This document shows positions 1 through 11,300 of a stretch of DNA of 14,316 bases, piece by piece. The position numbers and the translations under genes are program-made. Source of the stretch: a virus. Lineage: Duplodnaviria > Heunggongvirae > Uroviricota > Caudoviricetes. How positions within the stretch are numbered: the stretch's first letter is position 1; each line of letters begins with the position of its first letter. The notes under the pieces are model-generated. The model did not search any database. It saw only the letters and a list, made by a program, of their open reading frames with translations, and had not been told where the DNA came from. The stretch is taken from the IMG/VR virus record IMGVR_UViG_2547132279_000010, one strand, 5' to 3'.

Positions 1-1949
<1,949 letters not shown>

Positions 1950-1964
1950 TCCGGGGAGTCAGAG

Positions 1965-2387
1965 ATGTTCCTGAAAACCGAATCATTTGAACATAACGGT
2001 GTGACCGTCACGCTTTCTGATCTGTCAGCCCTGCAGCGTATTGAGCATCTCGCCCTGATGAAACGGCAGGCAGAACAGGCGGAGTCAGACAGCAACCGGA
2101 AGTTTACTGTGGAAGACGCCATCAGAACCGGCGCGTTTCTGGTGGCGATGTCCCTGTGGCATAACCATCCGAAGAAGACAAAGCTGCCTTCCATGAATGA
2201 AGCCGTTAAACAGATTGAGCAGGAAGTGCTTACCACCTGGCCCACGGAGGCAATTTCTCATGCTGAAAACGTGGTGTACCGGCTGTCCGGTATGTATGAG
2301 TTTGTGGTGAATGATGCTCCTGAACAGACAGAGGACGCCGGGCCTGCAGAGCCTGTTTCTGCGGGAAAGTGTTCGATGGTGAGCTGA
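1965..2387 (+). CDS. G: Tail assembly chaperone G
   Basis: Translation MFLKTESFEHNGVTVTLSDLSALQRIEHLALMKRQAEQAE...PAEPVSAGKCSMVS is near-identical to lambda gpG. A GGGGAG ribosome-binding site lies upstream of the ATG. Confidence 0.9.
   Translation: MFLKTESFEHNGVTVTLSDLSALQRIEHLALMKRQAEQAESDSNRKFTVEDAIRTGAFLVAMSLWHNHPKKTKLPSMNEAVKQIEQEVLTTWPTEAISHAENVVYRLSGMYEFVVNDAPEQTEDAGPAEPVSAGKCSMVS
2363..2369 (+). promoter_or_regulatory. Programmed -1 frameshift slippery heptamer G_GGA_AAG (G to G-T)
   Basis: G-frame codons GCG GGA AAG TGT place the heptamer at 2363-2369. A -1 slip enters the T frame exactly (2369 GTG TTC GAT...). The motif and its position near the G 3' end are as in lambda. Confidence 0.8.
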
Positions 2388-2803
2388 GTTTTGCCCTGAA
2401 ACTGGCGCGAGAGATGGGGCGACCCGACTGGCGTGCCATGCTTGCCGGGATGTCATCCACGGAGTATGCCGACTGGCACCGCTTTTACAGTACCCATTAT
2501 TTTCATGATGTTCTGCTGGATATGCACTTTTCCGGGCTGACGTACACCGTGCTCAGCCTGTTTTTCAGCGATCCGGATATGCATCCGCTGGATTTCAGTC
2601 TGCTGAACCGGCGTGAGGCTGACGAAGAGCCTGAAGATGATGTGCTGATGCAGAAAGCGGCAGGGCTTGCCGGAGGCGTCCGCTTTGGCCCGGACGGGAA
2701 TGAAGTTATCCCCGCTTCCCCGGATGTGGCGGACATGACGGAGGATGACGTAATGCTGATGACAGTATCAGAAGGGATCGCAGGAGGAGTCCGGTATGGC
2801 TGA
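2363..2803 (+). CDS. T: T segment of the G-T tail assembly chaperone fusion, reached by -1 frameshift from G (full fusion spans 1965..2803)
   Basis: The -1 frame after the slippery site reads VFDGELSFALKLAREMGRPDWRAMLAGMSSTEYADWHRFY...GIAGGVRYG, which matches lambda gpT. It has no independent ATG or ribosome-binding site. Its stop overlaps the H start. Confidence 0.85.
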   Translation, partial: GKVFDGELSFALKLAREMGRPDWRAMLAGMSSTEYADWHRFYSTHYFHDVLLDMHFSGLTYTVLSLFFSDPDMHPLDFSLLNRREADEEPEDDVLMQKAAGLAGGVRFGPDGNEVIPASPDVADMTEDDVMLMTVSEGIAGGVRYG

Positions 2804-5375
2804 ACCGGTAGGCGATCTGGTCGTTGATTTAAGTCTGGATGCGGCCAGATTTGACGAGCAGATGGCCAGAGTCAGGCGTCATTTTTCCGGTACGGAAACT
2901 GATGCGAAAAAAACAGCGGCAGTCGTTGAACAGTCGCTGAGCCGACAGGCGCTGGCTGCACAGAAAGCGGGGATTTCCGTCGGGCAGTATAAAGCCGCCA
3001 TGCGTATGCTGCCTGCACAGTTCACCGACGTGGCCACGCAGCTTGCAGGCGGGCAAAGCCCGTGGCTGATCCTGCTGCAACAGGGGGGGCAGGTTAAGGA
3101 CTCCTTCGGCGGGATGATCCCCATGTTCAGGGGGCTTGCCGGTGCGATCACCCTGCCGATGGTGGGGGCCACCTCGCTGGCGGTGGCGACCGGTGCGCTG
3201 GCGTATGCCTGGTATCAGGGCAACTCAACCCTGTCCGATTTCAACAAAACGCTGGTCCTTTCCGGCAATCAGGCGGGACTGACGGCAGATCGTATGCTGG
3301 TCCTGTCCAGAGCCGGGCAGGCGGCAGGGCTGACGTTTAACCAGACCAGCGAGTCACTGACGGCGCTGGTGAATGCCGGTGTGCGTGGTGGTGAGCAGTT
3401 TGAGGCGATCAGCCAGAGTGTGGCGCGTTTCTCCTCTGCATCCGGCGTGGAGGTGGACAAGGTCGCTGAAGCCTTCGGGAAGCTGACCACAGACCCGACG
3501 TCGGGGCTGACGGCGATGGCGCGTCAGTTCCATAACGTGACGGCGGAGCAGATTGCGTATGTTGCTCAGTTGCAGCGTTCCGGAGATGAAGCCGGGGCAT
3601 TGCAGGCGGCGAACGAGGCCGCAACGAAAGGGTTTGATGACCAGACCCGCCGCCTGAAAGAGAACATGGGCACGCTGGAGACCTGGGCAGACAGGACAGC
3701 ACGGGCATTCAAATCCATGTGGGATTCGGTGCTGGATATTGGTCGCCCGGACACTGCCCAGGGAATGCTGGAGAAAGCAGAAAAGGCTTTTGATGAGGCG
3801 GACAAAAAATGGCAGTGGTATCAGAGCCGGAGCCACCGGCGCGGTAAAACCTCAGCATTTCTTGCCAATCTCCGGGGAGCATGGGAGGACAGAGCGAATG
3901 CGCAACTTGGGCTTTCAGCCGCCACGTTGCAGGCCGATCTTGAAAAGGCCAGAGAGATGGCAGCAAAGGACTGGGCCGAGTCTGAGGCATCACGGCTGAA
4001 ATATACCGAAGAGGCGCAGAAGGCTTACGAACGGCTGCAGACGCCGCTGGAGAAATATACCGCCCGTCAGGAAGAACTGAACAAGGCACTGAAAGACGGG
4101 AAAATCCTGCAGGCGGATTACAACACGCTGATGGCGGCGGCGAAAAAGGATTATGAAGCGACGCTGAAAAAGCCGAAACAGTCCGGCGTGAAGGTGTCTG
4201 CGGGCGATCGTCAGGAAGACAGTGCTCATGCTGCCCTGCTGACGCTTCAGGCTGAACTCCGGACGCTGGAGAAGCATGCCGGAGCAAATGAGAAAATCAG
4301 CCAGCAGCGCCGGGATTTGTGGAAGGCGGAGAGCCAGTTCGCGGTACTGGAGGAGGCGGCGCAACGTCGCCAGCTGTCTGCACAGGAGAAATCCCTGCAG
4401 GCGCATAAAGATGAGACGCTGGAGTACAAACGCCAGCTGGCTGCACTTGGCGACAAGGTTACGTATCAGGAGCGCCTGAACGCGCTGGCGCAGCAGGCGG
4501 ATAAATTCGCACAGCAGCAACGGGCAAAACGGGCCGCCATTGATGCGAAAAGCCGGGGGCTGACTGACCGGCAGGCAGAACGGGAAGCCACGGAACAGCG
4601 CCTGAAGGAACAGTATGGCGATAATCCGCTGGCGCTGAATAACGTCATGTCAGAGCAGAAAAAGACCTGGGCGGCTGAAGACCAGCTTCGCGGGAGCTGG
4701 ATGGCAGGCCTGAAGTCCGGCTGGAGTGAGTGGGAAGAGAGCGCCACGGACAGTATGTCGCAGGTAAAAAGTGCAGCCACGCAGACCTTTGATGGTATTG
4801 CACAGAATATGGCGGCGATGCTGATCGGCAGTGAGCAGAACTGGCGCAGCTTCACCCGTTCCGTGCTGTCCATGATGACAGAAATTCTGCTTAAGCAGGC
4901 AATGGTGGGGATTGTCGGGAGTATCGGCAGCGCCATTGGCGGGGCTGTTGGTGGCGGCGCATCCGCGTCAGGCGGTACAGCCATTCAGGCCGCTGCGGCG
5001 AAATTCCATTTTGCAACCGGAGGATTTACGGGAACCGGCGGCAAATATGAGCCAGCGGGGATTGTTCACCGTGGTGAATTTGTCTTCACGAAGGAGGCAA
5101 CCAGCCGGATTGGCGTGGGGAATCTTTACCGGCTGATGCGCGGCTATGCCACCGGCGGTTATGTCGGTACACCGGGCAGCATGGCAGACAGCCGGTCGCA
5201 GGCGTCCGGGACGTTTGAGCAGAATAACCATGTGGTGATTAACAACGACGGCACGAACGGGCAGATAGGTCCGGCTGCTCTGAAGGCGGTGTATGACATG
5301 GCCCGCAAGGGTGCCCGTGATGAAATTCAGACACAGATGCGTGATGGTGGCCTGTTCTCCGGAGGTGGACGATGA
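2796..5375 (+). CDS. H: Tail tape measure protein H (859 aa)
   Basis: The N-terminus MAEPVGDLVVDLSLDAARFDEQMARVRRHFSGTE... and C-terminus ...GGYVGTPGSMADSRSQASGTFEQNNHVVINNDGTNGQIGPAALKAVYDMARKGARDEIQTQMRDGGLFSGGGR match lambda gpH. An AGGAGG ribosome-binding site precedes the start. The start overlaps the T stop. Confidence 0.95.
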   Translation: MAEPVGDLVVDLSLDAARFDEQMARVRRHFSGTETDAKKTAAVVEQSLSRQALAAQKAGISVGQYKAAMRMLPAQFTDVATQLAGGQSPWLILLQQGGQVKDSFGGMIPMFRGLAGAITLPMVGATSLAVATGALAYAWYQGNSTLSDFNKTLVLSGNQAGLTADRMLVLSRAGQAAGLTFNQTSESLTALVNAGVRGGEQFEAISQSVARFSSASGVEVDKVAEAFGKLTTDPTSGLTAMARQFHNVTAEQIAYVAQLQRSGDEAGALQAANEAATKGFDDQTRRLKENMGTLETWADRTARAFKSMWDSVLDIGRPDTAQGMLEKAEKAFDEADKKWQWYQSRSHRRGKTSAFLANLRGAWEDRANAQLGLSAATLQADLEKAREMAAKDWAESEASRLKYTEEAQKAYERLQTPLEKYTARQEELNKALKDGKILQADYNTLMAAAKKDYEATLKKPKQSGVKVSAGDRQEDSAHAALLTLQAELRTLEKHAGANEKISQQRRDLWKAESQFAVLEEAAQRRQLSAQEKSLQAHKDETLEYKRQLAALGDKVTYQERLNALAQQADKFAQQQRAKRAAIDAKSRGLTDRQAEREATEQRLKEQYGDNPLALNNVMSEQKKTWAAEDQLRGSWMAGLKSGWSEWEESATDSMSQVKSAATQTFDGIAQNMAAMLIGSEQNWRSFTRSVLSMMTEILLKQAMVGIVGSIGSAIGGAVGGGASASGGTAIQAAAAKFHFATGGFTGTGGKYEPAGIVHRGEFVFTKEATSRIGVGNLYRLMRGYATGGYVGTPGSMADSRSQASGTFEQNNHVVINNDGTNGQIGPAALKAVYDMARKGARDEIQTQMRDGGLFSGGGR

Positions 5376-5701
5376 AGACCTTCCGCTGGAAAGTGAAACC
5401 CGGTATGGATGTGGCTTCGGTCCCTTCTGTAAGAAAGGTGCGCTTTGGTGATGGCTATTCTCAGCGAGCGCCTGCCGGGCTGAATGCCAACCTGAAAACG
5501 TACAGCGTGACGCTTTCTGTCCCCCGTGAGGAGGCCACGGTACTGGAGTCGTTTCTGGAAGAGCACGGGGGCTGGAAAGCCTTTCTGTGGACGCCGCCTT
5601 ATGAGTGGCGGCAGATAAAGGTGACCTGCGCAAAATGGTCGTCGCGGGTCAGTATGCTGCGTGTTGAGTTCAGCGCAGAGTTTGAACAGGTGGTGAACTG
5701 A
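5372..5701 (+). CDS. M: Minor tail protein M
   Basis: Translation MKTFRWKVKPGMDVASVPSVRKVRFGDGYSQRAPAGLNANLKTYSVTLSVPREEATVLESFLEEHGGWKAFLWTPPYEWRQIKVTCAKWSS... matches lambda gpM. The ATGA start/stop overlap with H is as in lambda. Confidence 0.9.
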   Translation: MKTFRWKVKPGMDVASVPSVRKVRFGDGYSQRAPAGLNANLKTYSVTLSVPREEATVLESFLEEHGGWKAFLWTPPYEWRQIKVTCAKWSSRVSMLRVEFSAEFEQVVN

Positions 5702-6399
5702 TGCAGGATATCCGGCAGGAAACACTGAATGAATGCACCCGTGCGGAGCAGTCGGCCAGCGTGGTGCTCTGGGAAATCGACCTGACAGAGGTCGGTGGAG
5801 AACGTTATTTTTTCTGTAATGAGCAGAACGAAAAAGGTGAGCCGGTCACCTGGCAGGGGCGACAGTATCAGCCGTATCCCATTCAGGGGAGCGGTTTTGA
5901 ACTGAATGGCAAAGGCACCAGTACGCGCCCCACGCTGACGGTTTCTAACCTGTACGGTATGGTCACCGGGATGGCGGAAGATATGCAGAGTCTGGTCGGC
6001 GGAACGGTGGTCCGGCGTAAGGTTTACGCCCGTTTTCTGGATGCGGTGAACTTCGTCAACGGAAACAGTTACGCCGATCCGGAGCAGGAGGTGATCAGCC
6101 GCTGGCGCATTGAGCAGTGCAGCGAACTGAGCGCGGTGAGTGCCTCCTTTGTACTGTCCACGCCGACGGAAACGGATGGCGCTGTTTTTCCGGGACGTAT
6201 CATGCTGGCCAACACCTGCACCTGGACCTATCGCGGTGACGAGTGCGGTTATAGCGGTCCGGCTGTCGCGGATGAATATGACCAGCCAACGTCCGATATC
6301 ACGAAGGATAAATGCAGCAAATGCCTGAGCGGTTGTAAGTTCCGCAATAACGTCGGCAACTTTGGCGGCTTCCTTTCCATTAACAAACTTTCGCAGTAA
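5701..6399 (+). CDS. L: Minor tail protein L (C-terminal cysteine cluster)
   Basis: Translation MQDIRQETLNECTRAEQSASVVLWEIDLTEVGGERYFFCNEQ...KDKCSKCLSGCKFRNNVGNFGGFLSINKLSQ matches lambda gpL. Its start overlaps the M stop by 1 nt. Confidence 0.9.
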   Translation: MQDIRQETLNECTRAEQSASVVLWEIDLTEVGGERYFFCNEQNEKGEPVTWQGRQYQPYPIQGSGFELNGKGTSTRPTLTVSNLYGMVTGMAEDMQSLVGGTVVRRKVYARFLDAVNFVNGNSYADPEQEVISRWRIEQCSELSAVSASFVLSTPTETDGAVFPGRIMLANTCTWTYRGDECGYSGPAVADEYDQPTSDITKDKCSKCLSGCKFRNNVGNFGGFLSINKLSQ

Positions 6400-6404
6400 A
6401 TCCC

Positions 6405-7148
6405 ATGACACAGACAGAATCAGCGATTCTGGCGCACGCCCGGCGATGTGCGCCAGCGGAGTCGTGCGGCTTCGTGGTAAGCACGCCGGAGGGGGAAAGA
6501 TATTTTCCCTGCGTGAATATCTCCGGTGAGCCGGAGGCGTATTTCCGTATGTCGCCGGAAGACTGGCTGCAGGCAGAAATGCAGGGTGAGATTGTGGCGC
6601 TGGTCCACAGCCACCCCGGTGGTCTGCCCTGGCTGAGTGAGGCCGACCGGCGGCTGCAGGTGCAGAGTGATTTGCCGTGGTGGCTGGTCTGCCGGGGGAC
6701 GATTCATAAGTTCCGCTGTGTGCCGCATCTCACCGGGCGGCGCTTTGAGCACGGTGTGACGGACTGTTACACACTGTTCCGGGATGCTTATCATCTGGCG
6801 GGGATTGAGATGCCGGACTTTTATCGTGAGGATGACTGGTGGCGTAACGGCCAGAATCTCTATCTGGATAATCTGGAGGCGACGGGGCTGTATCAGGTGC
6901 CGTTGTCAGCGGCACAGCCGGGCGATGTGCTGCTGTGCTGTTTTGGTTCATCAGTGCCGAATCACGCCGCAATTTACTGCGGCGACGGCGAGCTGCTGCA
7001 CCATATTCCTGAACAACTGAGCAAACGAGAGAGGTACACCGACAAATGGCAGCGACGCACACACTCCCTCTGGCGTCACCGGGCATGGCGCGCATCTGCC
7101 TTTACGGGGATTTACAACGATTTGGTCGCCGCATCGACCTTCGTGTGA
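6405..7148 (+). CDS. K: Tail assembly protein K (JAB/MPN metalloprotease-like plus NlpC/P60-like domains)
   Basis: Translation MTQTESAILAHARRCAPAESCGFVVSTPEGERYF...ALVHSHPGG (HxH JAMM-like motif) ...HGVTDCYTLFRDAYHLAGIEMPDF... matches lambda gpK. Confidence 0.9.
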   Translation: MTQTESAILAHARRCAPAESCGFVVSTPEGERYFPCVNISGEPEAYFRMSPEDWLQAEMQGEIVALVHSHPGGLPWLSEADRRLQVQSDLPWWLVCRGTIHKFRCVPHLTGRRFEHGVTDCYTLFRDAYHLAGIEMPDFYREDDWWRNGQNLYLDNLEATGLYQVPLSAAQPGDVLLCCFGSSVPNHAAIYCGDGELLHHIPEQLSKRERYTDKWQRRTHSLWRHRAWRASAFTGIYNDLVAASTFV

Positions 7149-7717
7149 AAACGGGGGCTGAAGCCATCCGGGCACTGGCCACACAGCTCCCGGCGTTTCG
7201 TCAGAAACTGAGCGACGGCTGGTATCAGGTACGGATTGCCGGGCGGGACGTCAGCACGTCCGGGTTAACGGCGCAGTTACATGAGACTCTGCCTGATGGC
7301 GCTGTGATTCATATTGTTCCCAGAGTCGCCGGGGCCAAGTCAGGTGGCGTATTCCAGATTGTCCTGGGGGCTGCCGCCATTGCCGGATCATTCTTTACTG
7401 CCGGAGCCACCCTTGCGGCATGGGGGGCAGCCATTGGGACCGGTGGTATGACCGGCATCCTGTTTTCTCTCGGTGCCAGTATGGTGCTCGGTGGTGTGGC
7501 GCAGATGCTGGCACCGAAAGCCAGAACTCCCCGTACACAGACAACGGATAACGGTAAGCAGAACACCTATTTCTCCTCACTGGATAACATGGTTGCCCAG
7601 GGCAATGTTCTGCCTGTTCTGTACGGGGAAATGCGCGTGGGGTCTCGCGTGGTTTCTCAGGAGATCAGCACGGCAGACGAAGGGGACGGTGGTCAGGTTG
7701 TGGTGATTGGTCGCTGA
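7046..7717 (+). CDS. I: Tail assembly protein I
   Basis: Translation MAATHTLPLASPGMARICLYGDLQRFGRRIDLRVKTGAEAIRALATQLPAFRQKL...GQVVVIGR matches lambda gpI. It overlaps the 3' end of K by about 100 nt in a different frame, as in lambda. Confidence 0.9.
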   Translation: MAATHTLPLASPGMARICLYGDLQRFGRRIDLRVKTGAEAIRALATQLPAFRQKLSDGWYQVRIAGRDVSTSGLTAQLHETLPDGAVIHIVPRVAGAKSGGVFQIVLGAAAIAGSFFTAGATLAAWGAAIGTGGMTGILFSLGASMVLGGVAQMLAPKARTPRTQTTDNGKQNTYFSSLDNMVAQGNVLPVLYGEMRVGSRVVSQEISTADEGDGGQVVVIGR

Positions 7718-7735
7718 TGCAAAATGTTTTATGTG

Positions 7736-7756
7736 AAACCGCCTGCGGGCGGTTTT
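7736..7756 (+). other. Perfect 8-bp hairpin (AAACCGCC-tgcg-GGCGGTTT) with T-rich 3' side in the I-J intergenic space
   Basis: Read directly from the sequence at 7736-7755, followed by T then GTCATTT. A GAGGAA ribosome-binding site and the J ATG (7778) lie about 20 nt downstream. The function is unknown; it could be a partial terminator or a processing/stability element. Confidence 0.3.
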
Positions 7757-7777
7757 GTCATTTATGGAGCGTGAGGA

Positions 7778-10700
7778 ATGGGTAAAGGCAGCAGTAAGGG
7801 GCATACCCCGCGCGAAGCGAAGGACAACCTGAAGTCCACGCAGCTGCTGAGTGTGATCGATGCCATCAGCGAAGGGCCGGTTGAAGGTCCGGTGGATGGA
7901 TTAAAAAGCGTGCTGCTGAACAGTACGCCGGTGCTGGACACTGAGGGGAATACCAACATCTCCGGTGTCACGGTGGTGTTCCGTGCCGGTGAGCAGGAGC
8001 AGACACCGCCGGAGGGGTTTGAATCCTCCGGCTCCGAGACGGTGCTGGGTACGGAAGTGAAATATGACACGCCGATCACCCGCACCATTACGTCTGCAAA
8101 CATCGACCGTCTGCGCTTTACCTTCGGCGTGCAGGCACTGGTGGAAACCACCTCAAAGGGGGACCGGAATCCGTCGGAAGTCCGCCTGCTGGTTCAGATC
8201 CAGCGTAATGGTGGCTGGGTGACGGAAAAAGACATCACCATTAAGGGCAAAACCACCTCGCAGTATCTGGCCTCGGTGGTGGTGGGTAACCTGCCGCCGC
8301 GCCCGTTCAATATACGGATGCGCAGGATGACGCCGGACAGCACCACAGACCAGCTGCAGAACAAAACGCTCTGGTCGTCATACACCGAAATCATCGATGT
8401 GAAACAGTGCTACCCGAACACGGCACTGGTCGGCGTGCAGGTGGATTCGGAGCAGTTCGGCAGCCAGCAGGTGAGCCGTAATTATCATCTGCGCGGGCGC
8501 ATTCTGCAGGTGCCGTCGAACTATAACCCGCAGACGCGGCAATACAGCGGTATCTGGGACGGAACGTTTAAGCCAGCATACAGCAACAACATGGCCTGGT
8601 GTCTGTGGGATATGCTGACCCATCCGCGCTACGGCATGGGGAAACGTCTTGGTGCGGCGGATGTGGACAAATGGGCGCTGTATGTCATCGGCCAGCATTG
8701 CGATCAGTCGGTGCCGGACGGTTTTGGCGGCACGGAGCCGCGCATCACCTGTAATGCGTACCTGACCACACAGCGCAAGGCGTGGGATGTGCTCAGTGAT
8801 TTCTGCTCTGCGATGCGCTGTATGCCGGTATGGAACGGGCAGACGCTGACGTTCGTGCAGGACCGACCGTCGGATAAGGTGTGGATCTATAACCGCAGTA
8901 ATGTGGTGATGCCGGATGATGGTGCGCCGTTCCGCTACAGCTTCAGCGCCCTGAAGGACCGCCATAATGCCGTTGAGGTGAACTGGATTGACCCGAATAA
9001 CGGCTGGGAGACGGCGACAGAGCTTGTGGAGGACACGCAGGCCATTGCCCGTTACGGTCGTAACGTCACGAAGATGGATGCTTTTGGCTGTACCAGCCGG
9101 GGGCAGGCACACCGCGCCGGGCTGTGGCTGATTAAAACAGAACTGCTGGAAACGCAGACCGTGGACTTCAGCGTGGGTGCCGAAGGGCTTCGCCATGTAC
9201 CGGGCGATGTCATTGAAATCTGCGATGATGACTATGCCGGTATCCGCACCGGCGGGCGCGTGCTGGCGGTAAACAGCCAGACCCGGACGCTGACGCTCGA
9301 CCGTGAAATCACGCTGCCATCTTCCGGCACCACGCTGATAAGCCTGGTTGACGGGCAGGGGAGTCCGGTCAGCGTGGAGGTTCAGTCCGTCACCGACGGC
9401 GTGAAGGTGAAAGTGAGCCGTGTTCCTGACGGCGTTGCTGAATACAGCGTATGGGGGCTGAAGCTGCCGACGTTGCGCCAGCGCCTGTTCCGCTGCGTGA
9501 GTATCCGTGAGAACGACGACGGCACGTATGCCATCACCGCCGTGCAGCATGTACCGGAAAAAGAGGCCATCGTGGATAACGGGGCGCACTTTGACGGCGA
9601 CCAGAGCGGCACGGTAAATGGTGTCACGCCGCCAGCGGTGCAGCACCTGACCGCAGAAGTCACCGCAGACAGCGGGGAATACCAGGTGCTGGCGCGCTGG
9701 GACACGCCGAAGGTGGTGAAGGGCGTGAGCTTCCTGCTTCGCCTGACCGTGGCAGCGGATGACGGCCGTGAGCGGCTGGTCAGCACGGCCCGGACGACGG
9801 AAACCACTTACCGCTTCACACAACTGGCTCTGGGGAACTACAGGCTGACAGTCCGGGCAGTAAATGCGTGGGGGCAGCAGGGCGATCCGGCATCGGTATC
9901 GTTCCGGATTGCCGCACCGGCAGCGCCGTCGCGGATTGAGCTGACGCCGGGCTATTTTCAGATAACCGCCACGCCGCATCTTGCGGTTTATGACCCGACG
10001 GTACAGTTTGAGTTCTGGTTCTCGGAAAAACGGATTGCGGATATCAGGCAGGTTGAAACCAGCGCGCGTTATCTTGGTACGGCACTGTACTGGATAGCCG
10101 CCAGTATCAATATCAAACCGGGCCATGATTATTATTTTTACGTTCGCAGTGTGAACACCGTTGGCAAATCGGCATTCGTGGAGGCTGTCGGTCAGCCGAG
10201 TGATGATGCATCCGGCTATCTGGATTTTTTCAAAGGCGAGATAGGGAAAACCCATCTGGCTCAGGAGCTGTGGACGCAGATTGATAACGGTCAGCTTGCG
10301 CCTGACCTGACTGAAATCAGGACGTCCATAACGGATGTCAGCAATGAAATAACACAGACCGTCAATAAGAAGCTGGAAGACCAGAGTGCAGCGATCCAGC
10401 AGATACAGAAGGTTCAGGTTGATACAAATAATAACCTGAACAGCATGTGGGCAGTGAAGCTGCAGCAGATGCAGGACGGACGCCTTTATATTGCGGGTAT
10501 CGGTGCCGGTATTGAGAACACCCCTGACGGCATGCAGAGTCAGGTGCTGCTGGCAGCAGACAGGATTGCGATGATTAATCCTGCGAATGGCAACACAAAG
10601 CCGATGTTTGTTGGTCAGGGCGATCAGATATTCATGAATGAAGTGTTCCTGAAACGCCTGACGGCCCCCACCATTACCAGCGGCGGTAATCCTCCGGCAT

Positions 10701-11257
10701 TTTCCCTGACATCAGACGGGAGACTGACGGCGAAAAATGCGGATATCAGTGGTAGTGTGAATGCGAACTCAGGAACGCTCAACAATGTCACGATTAACGA
10801 GAACTGTCGGGTTCTGGGAAAATTGTCCGCCAACCAGATTGAAGGCGATCTCGTTAAAACAGTGGGCAAAGCTTTCCCCCGGGACTCCCGTGCACCGGAG
10901 CGGTGGCCATCAGGAACCATTACCGTCAGGGTTTATGACGATCAGCCGTTTGACCGGCAGATTGTTATTCCGGCGGTGGCATTCAGTGGCGCTAAGCATG
11001 AGAGAGAGCATACTGATATTTACTCCTCATGCCGTCTGATAGTGCGGAAAAACGGTGCTGAAATTTATAACCGTACCGCGCTGGATAATACGCTGATTTA
11101 CAGTGGCGTTATTGATATGCCTGCCGGTCACGGTCACATGACACTGGAGTTTTCGGTGTCAGCATGGCTGGTAAATAACTGGTATCCCACAGCAAGCATC
11201 AGCGATTTGCTGGTTGTGGTGATGAAGAAGGCCACAGCAGGCATCACGATTAGCTGA
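7778..11257 (+). CDS. J: Tail tip / host-specificity protein J (1159 aa; central fibronectin-III-like repeats, C-terminal receptor-binding domain)
   Basis: Translation [58 protein letters not shown]... matches lambda gpJ over most of its length. The ribosome-binding site GAGGAA precedes the start. Only the last ~150 aa diverge. Confidence 0.95.
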   Translation: MGKGSSKGHTPREAKDNLKSTQLLSVIDAISEGPVEGPVDGLKSVLLNSTPVLDTEGNTNISGVTVVFRAGEQEQTPPEGFESSGSETVLGTEVKYDTPITRTITSANIDRLRFTFGVQALVETTSKGDRNPSEVRLLVQIQRNGGWVTEKDITIKGKTTSQYLASVVVGNLPPRPFNIRMRRMTPDSTTDQLQNKTLWSSYTEIIDVKQCYPNTALVGVQVDSEQFGSQQVSRNYHLRGRILQVPSNYNPQTRQYSGIWDGTFKPAYSNNMAWCLWDMLTHPRYGMGKRLGAADVDKWALYVIGQHCDQSVPDGFGGTEPRITCNAYLTTQRKAWDVLSDFCSAMRCMPVWNGQTLTFVQDRPSDKVWIYNRSNVVMPDDGAPFRYSFSALKDRHNAVEVNWIDPNNGWETATELVEDTQAIARYGRNVTKMDAFGCTSRGQAHRAGLWLIKTELLETQTVDFSVGAEGLRHVPGDVIEICDDDYAGIRTGGRVLAVNSQTRTLTLDREITLPSSGTTLISLVDGQGSPVSVEVQSVTDGVKVKVSRVPDGVAEYSVWGLKLPTLRQRLFRCVSIRENDDGTYAITAVQHVPEKEAIVDNGAHFDGDQSGTVNGVTPPAVQHLTAEVTADSGEYQVLARWDTPKVVKGVSFLLRLTVAADDGRERLVSTARTTETTYRFTQLALGNYRLTVRAVNAWGQQGDPASVSFRIAAPAAPSRIELTPGYFQITATPHLAVYDPTVQFEFWFSEKRIADIRQVETSARYLGTALYWIAASINIKPGHDYYFYVRSVNTVGKSAFVEAVGQPSDDASGYLDFFKGEIGKTHLAQELWTQIDNGQLAPDLTEIRTSITDVSNEITQTVNKKLEDQSAAIQQIQKVQVDTNNNLNSMWAVKLQQMQDGRLYIAGIGAGIENTPDGMQSQVLLAADRIAMINPANGNTKPMFVGQGDQIFMNEVFLKRLTAPTITSGGNPPAFSLTSDGRLTAKNADISGSVNANSGTLNNVTINENCRVLGKLSANQIEGDLVKTVGKAFPRDSRAPERWPSGTITVRVYDDQPFDRQIVIPAVAFSGAKHEREHTDIYSSCRLIVRKNGAEIYNRTALDNTLIYSGVIDMPAGHGHMTLEFSVSAWLVNNWYPTASISDLLVVVMKKATAGITIS

Positions 11258-11275
11258 ATTTTATAACCCAGATAC

Positions 11276-11300
11276 GGGCGCCAGAAATGGCGCCTTTTTT
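11276..11300 (+). terminator. Rho-independent terminator downstream of J (tJ-like)
   Basis: GGCGCC-agaaat-GGCGCC stem-loop (11277-11294) followed directly by a TTTTTT run (11295-11300). Confidence 0.7.

Noticed and set aside
3990-4520. 176-aa minus-strand ORF and other alternative-frame ORFs inside H (3354..3836, 3709..4287, 4466..4984)
   Set aside because: All are embedded in the tape measure gene. Their translations are Arg/Leu/Pro-rich nonsense, with no independent support.
5599-6411. 270-aa minus-strand ORF antisense to M and L
   Set aside because: It overlaps two confidently identified lambda tail genes, has no recognisable domains, and is probably spurious.
8378-10255. 625-aa minus-strand ORF antisense to J
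   Set aside because: It lies entirely within the well-supported J coding region. The translation is Arg/Pro/Cys-rich with no recognisable motifs, typical of a spurious antisense ORF in GC-rich coding DNA. It has no ribosome-binding site or start context.
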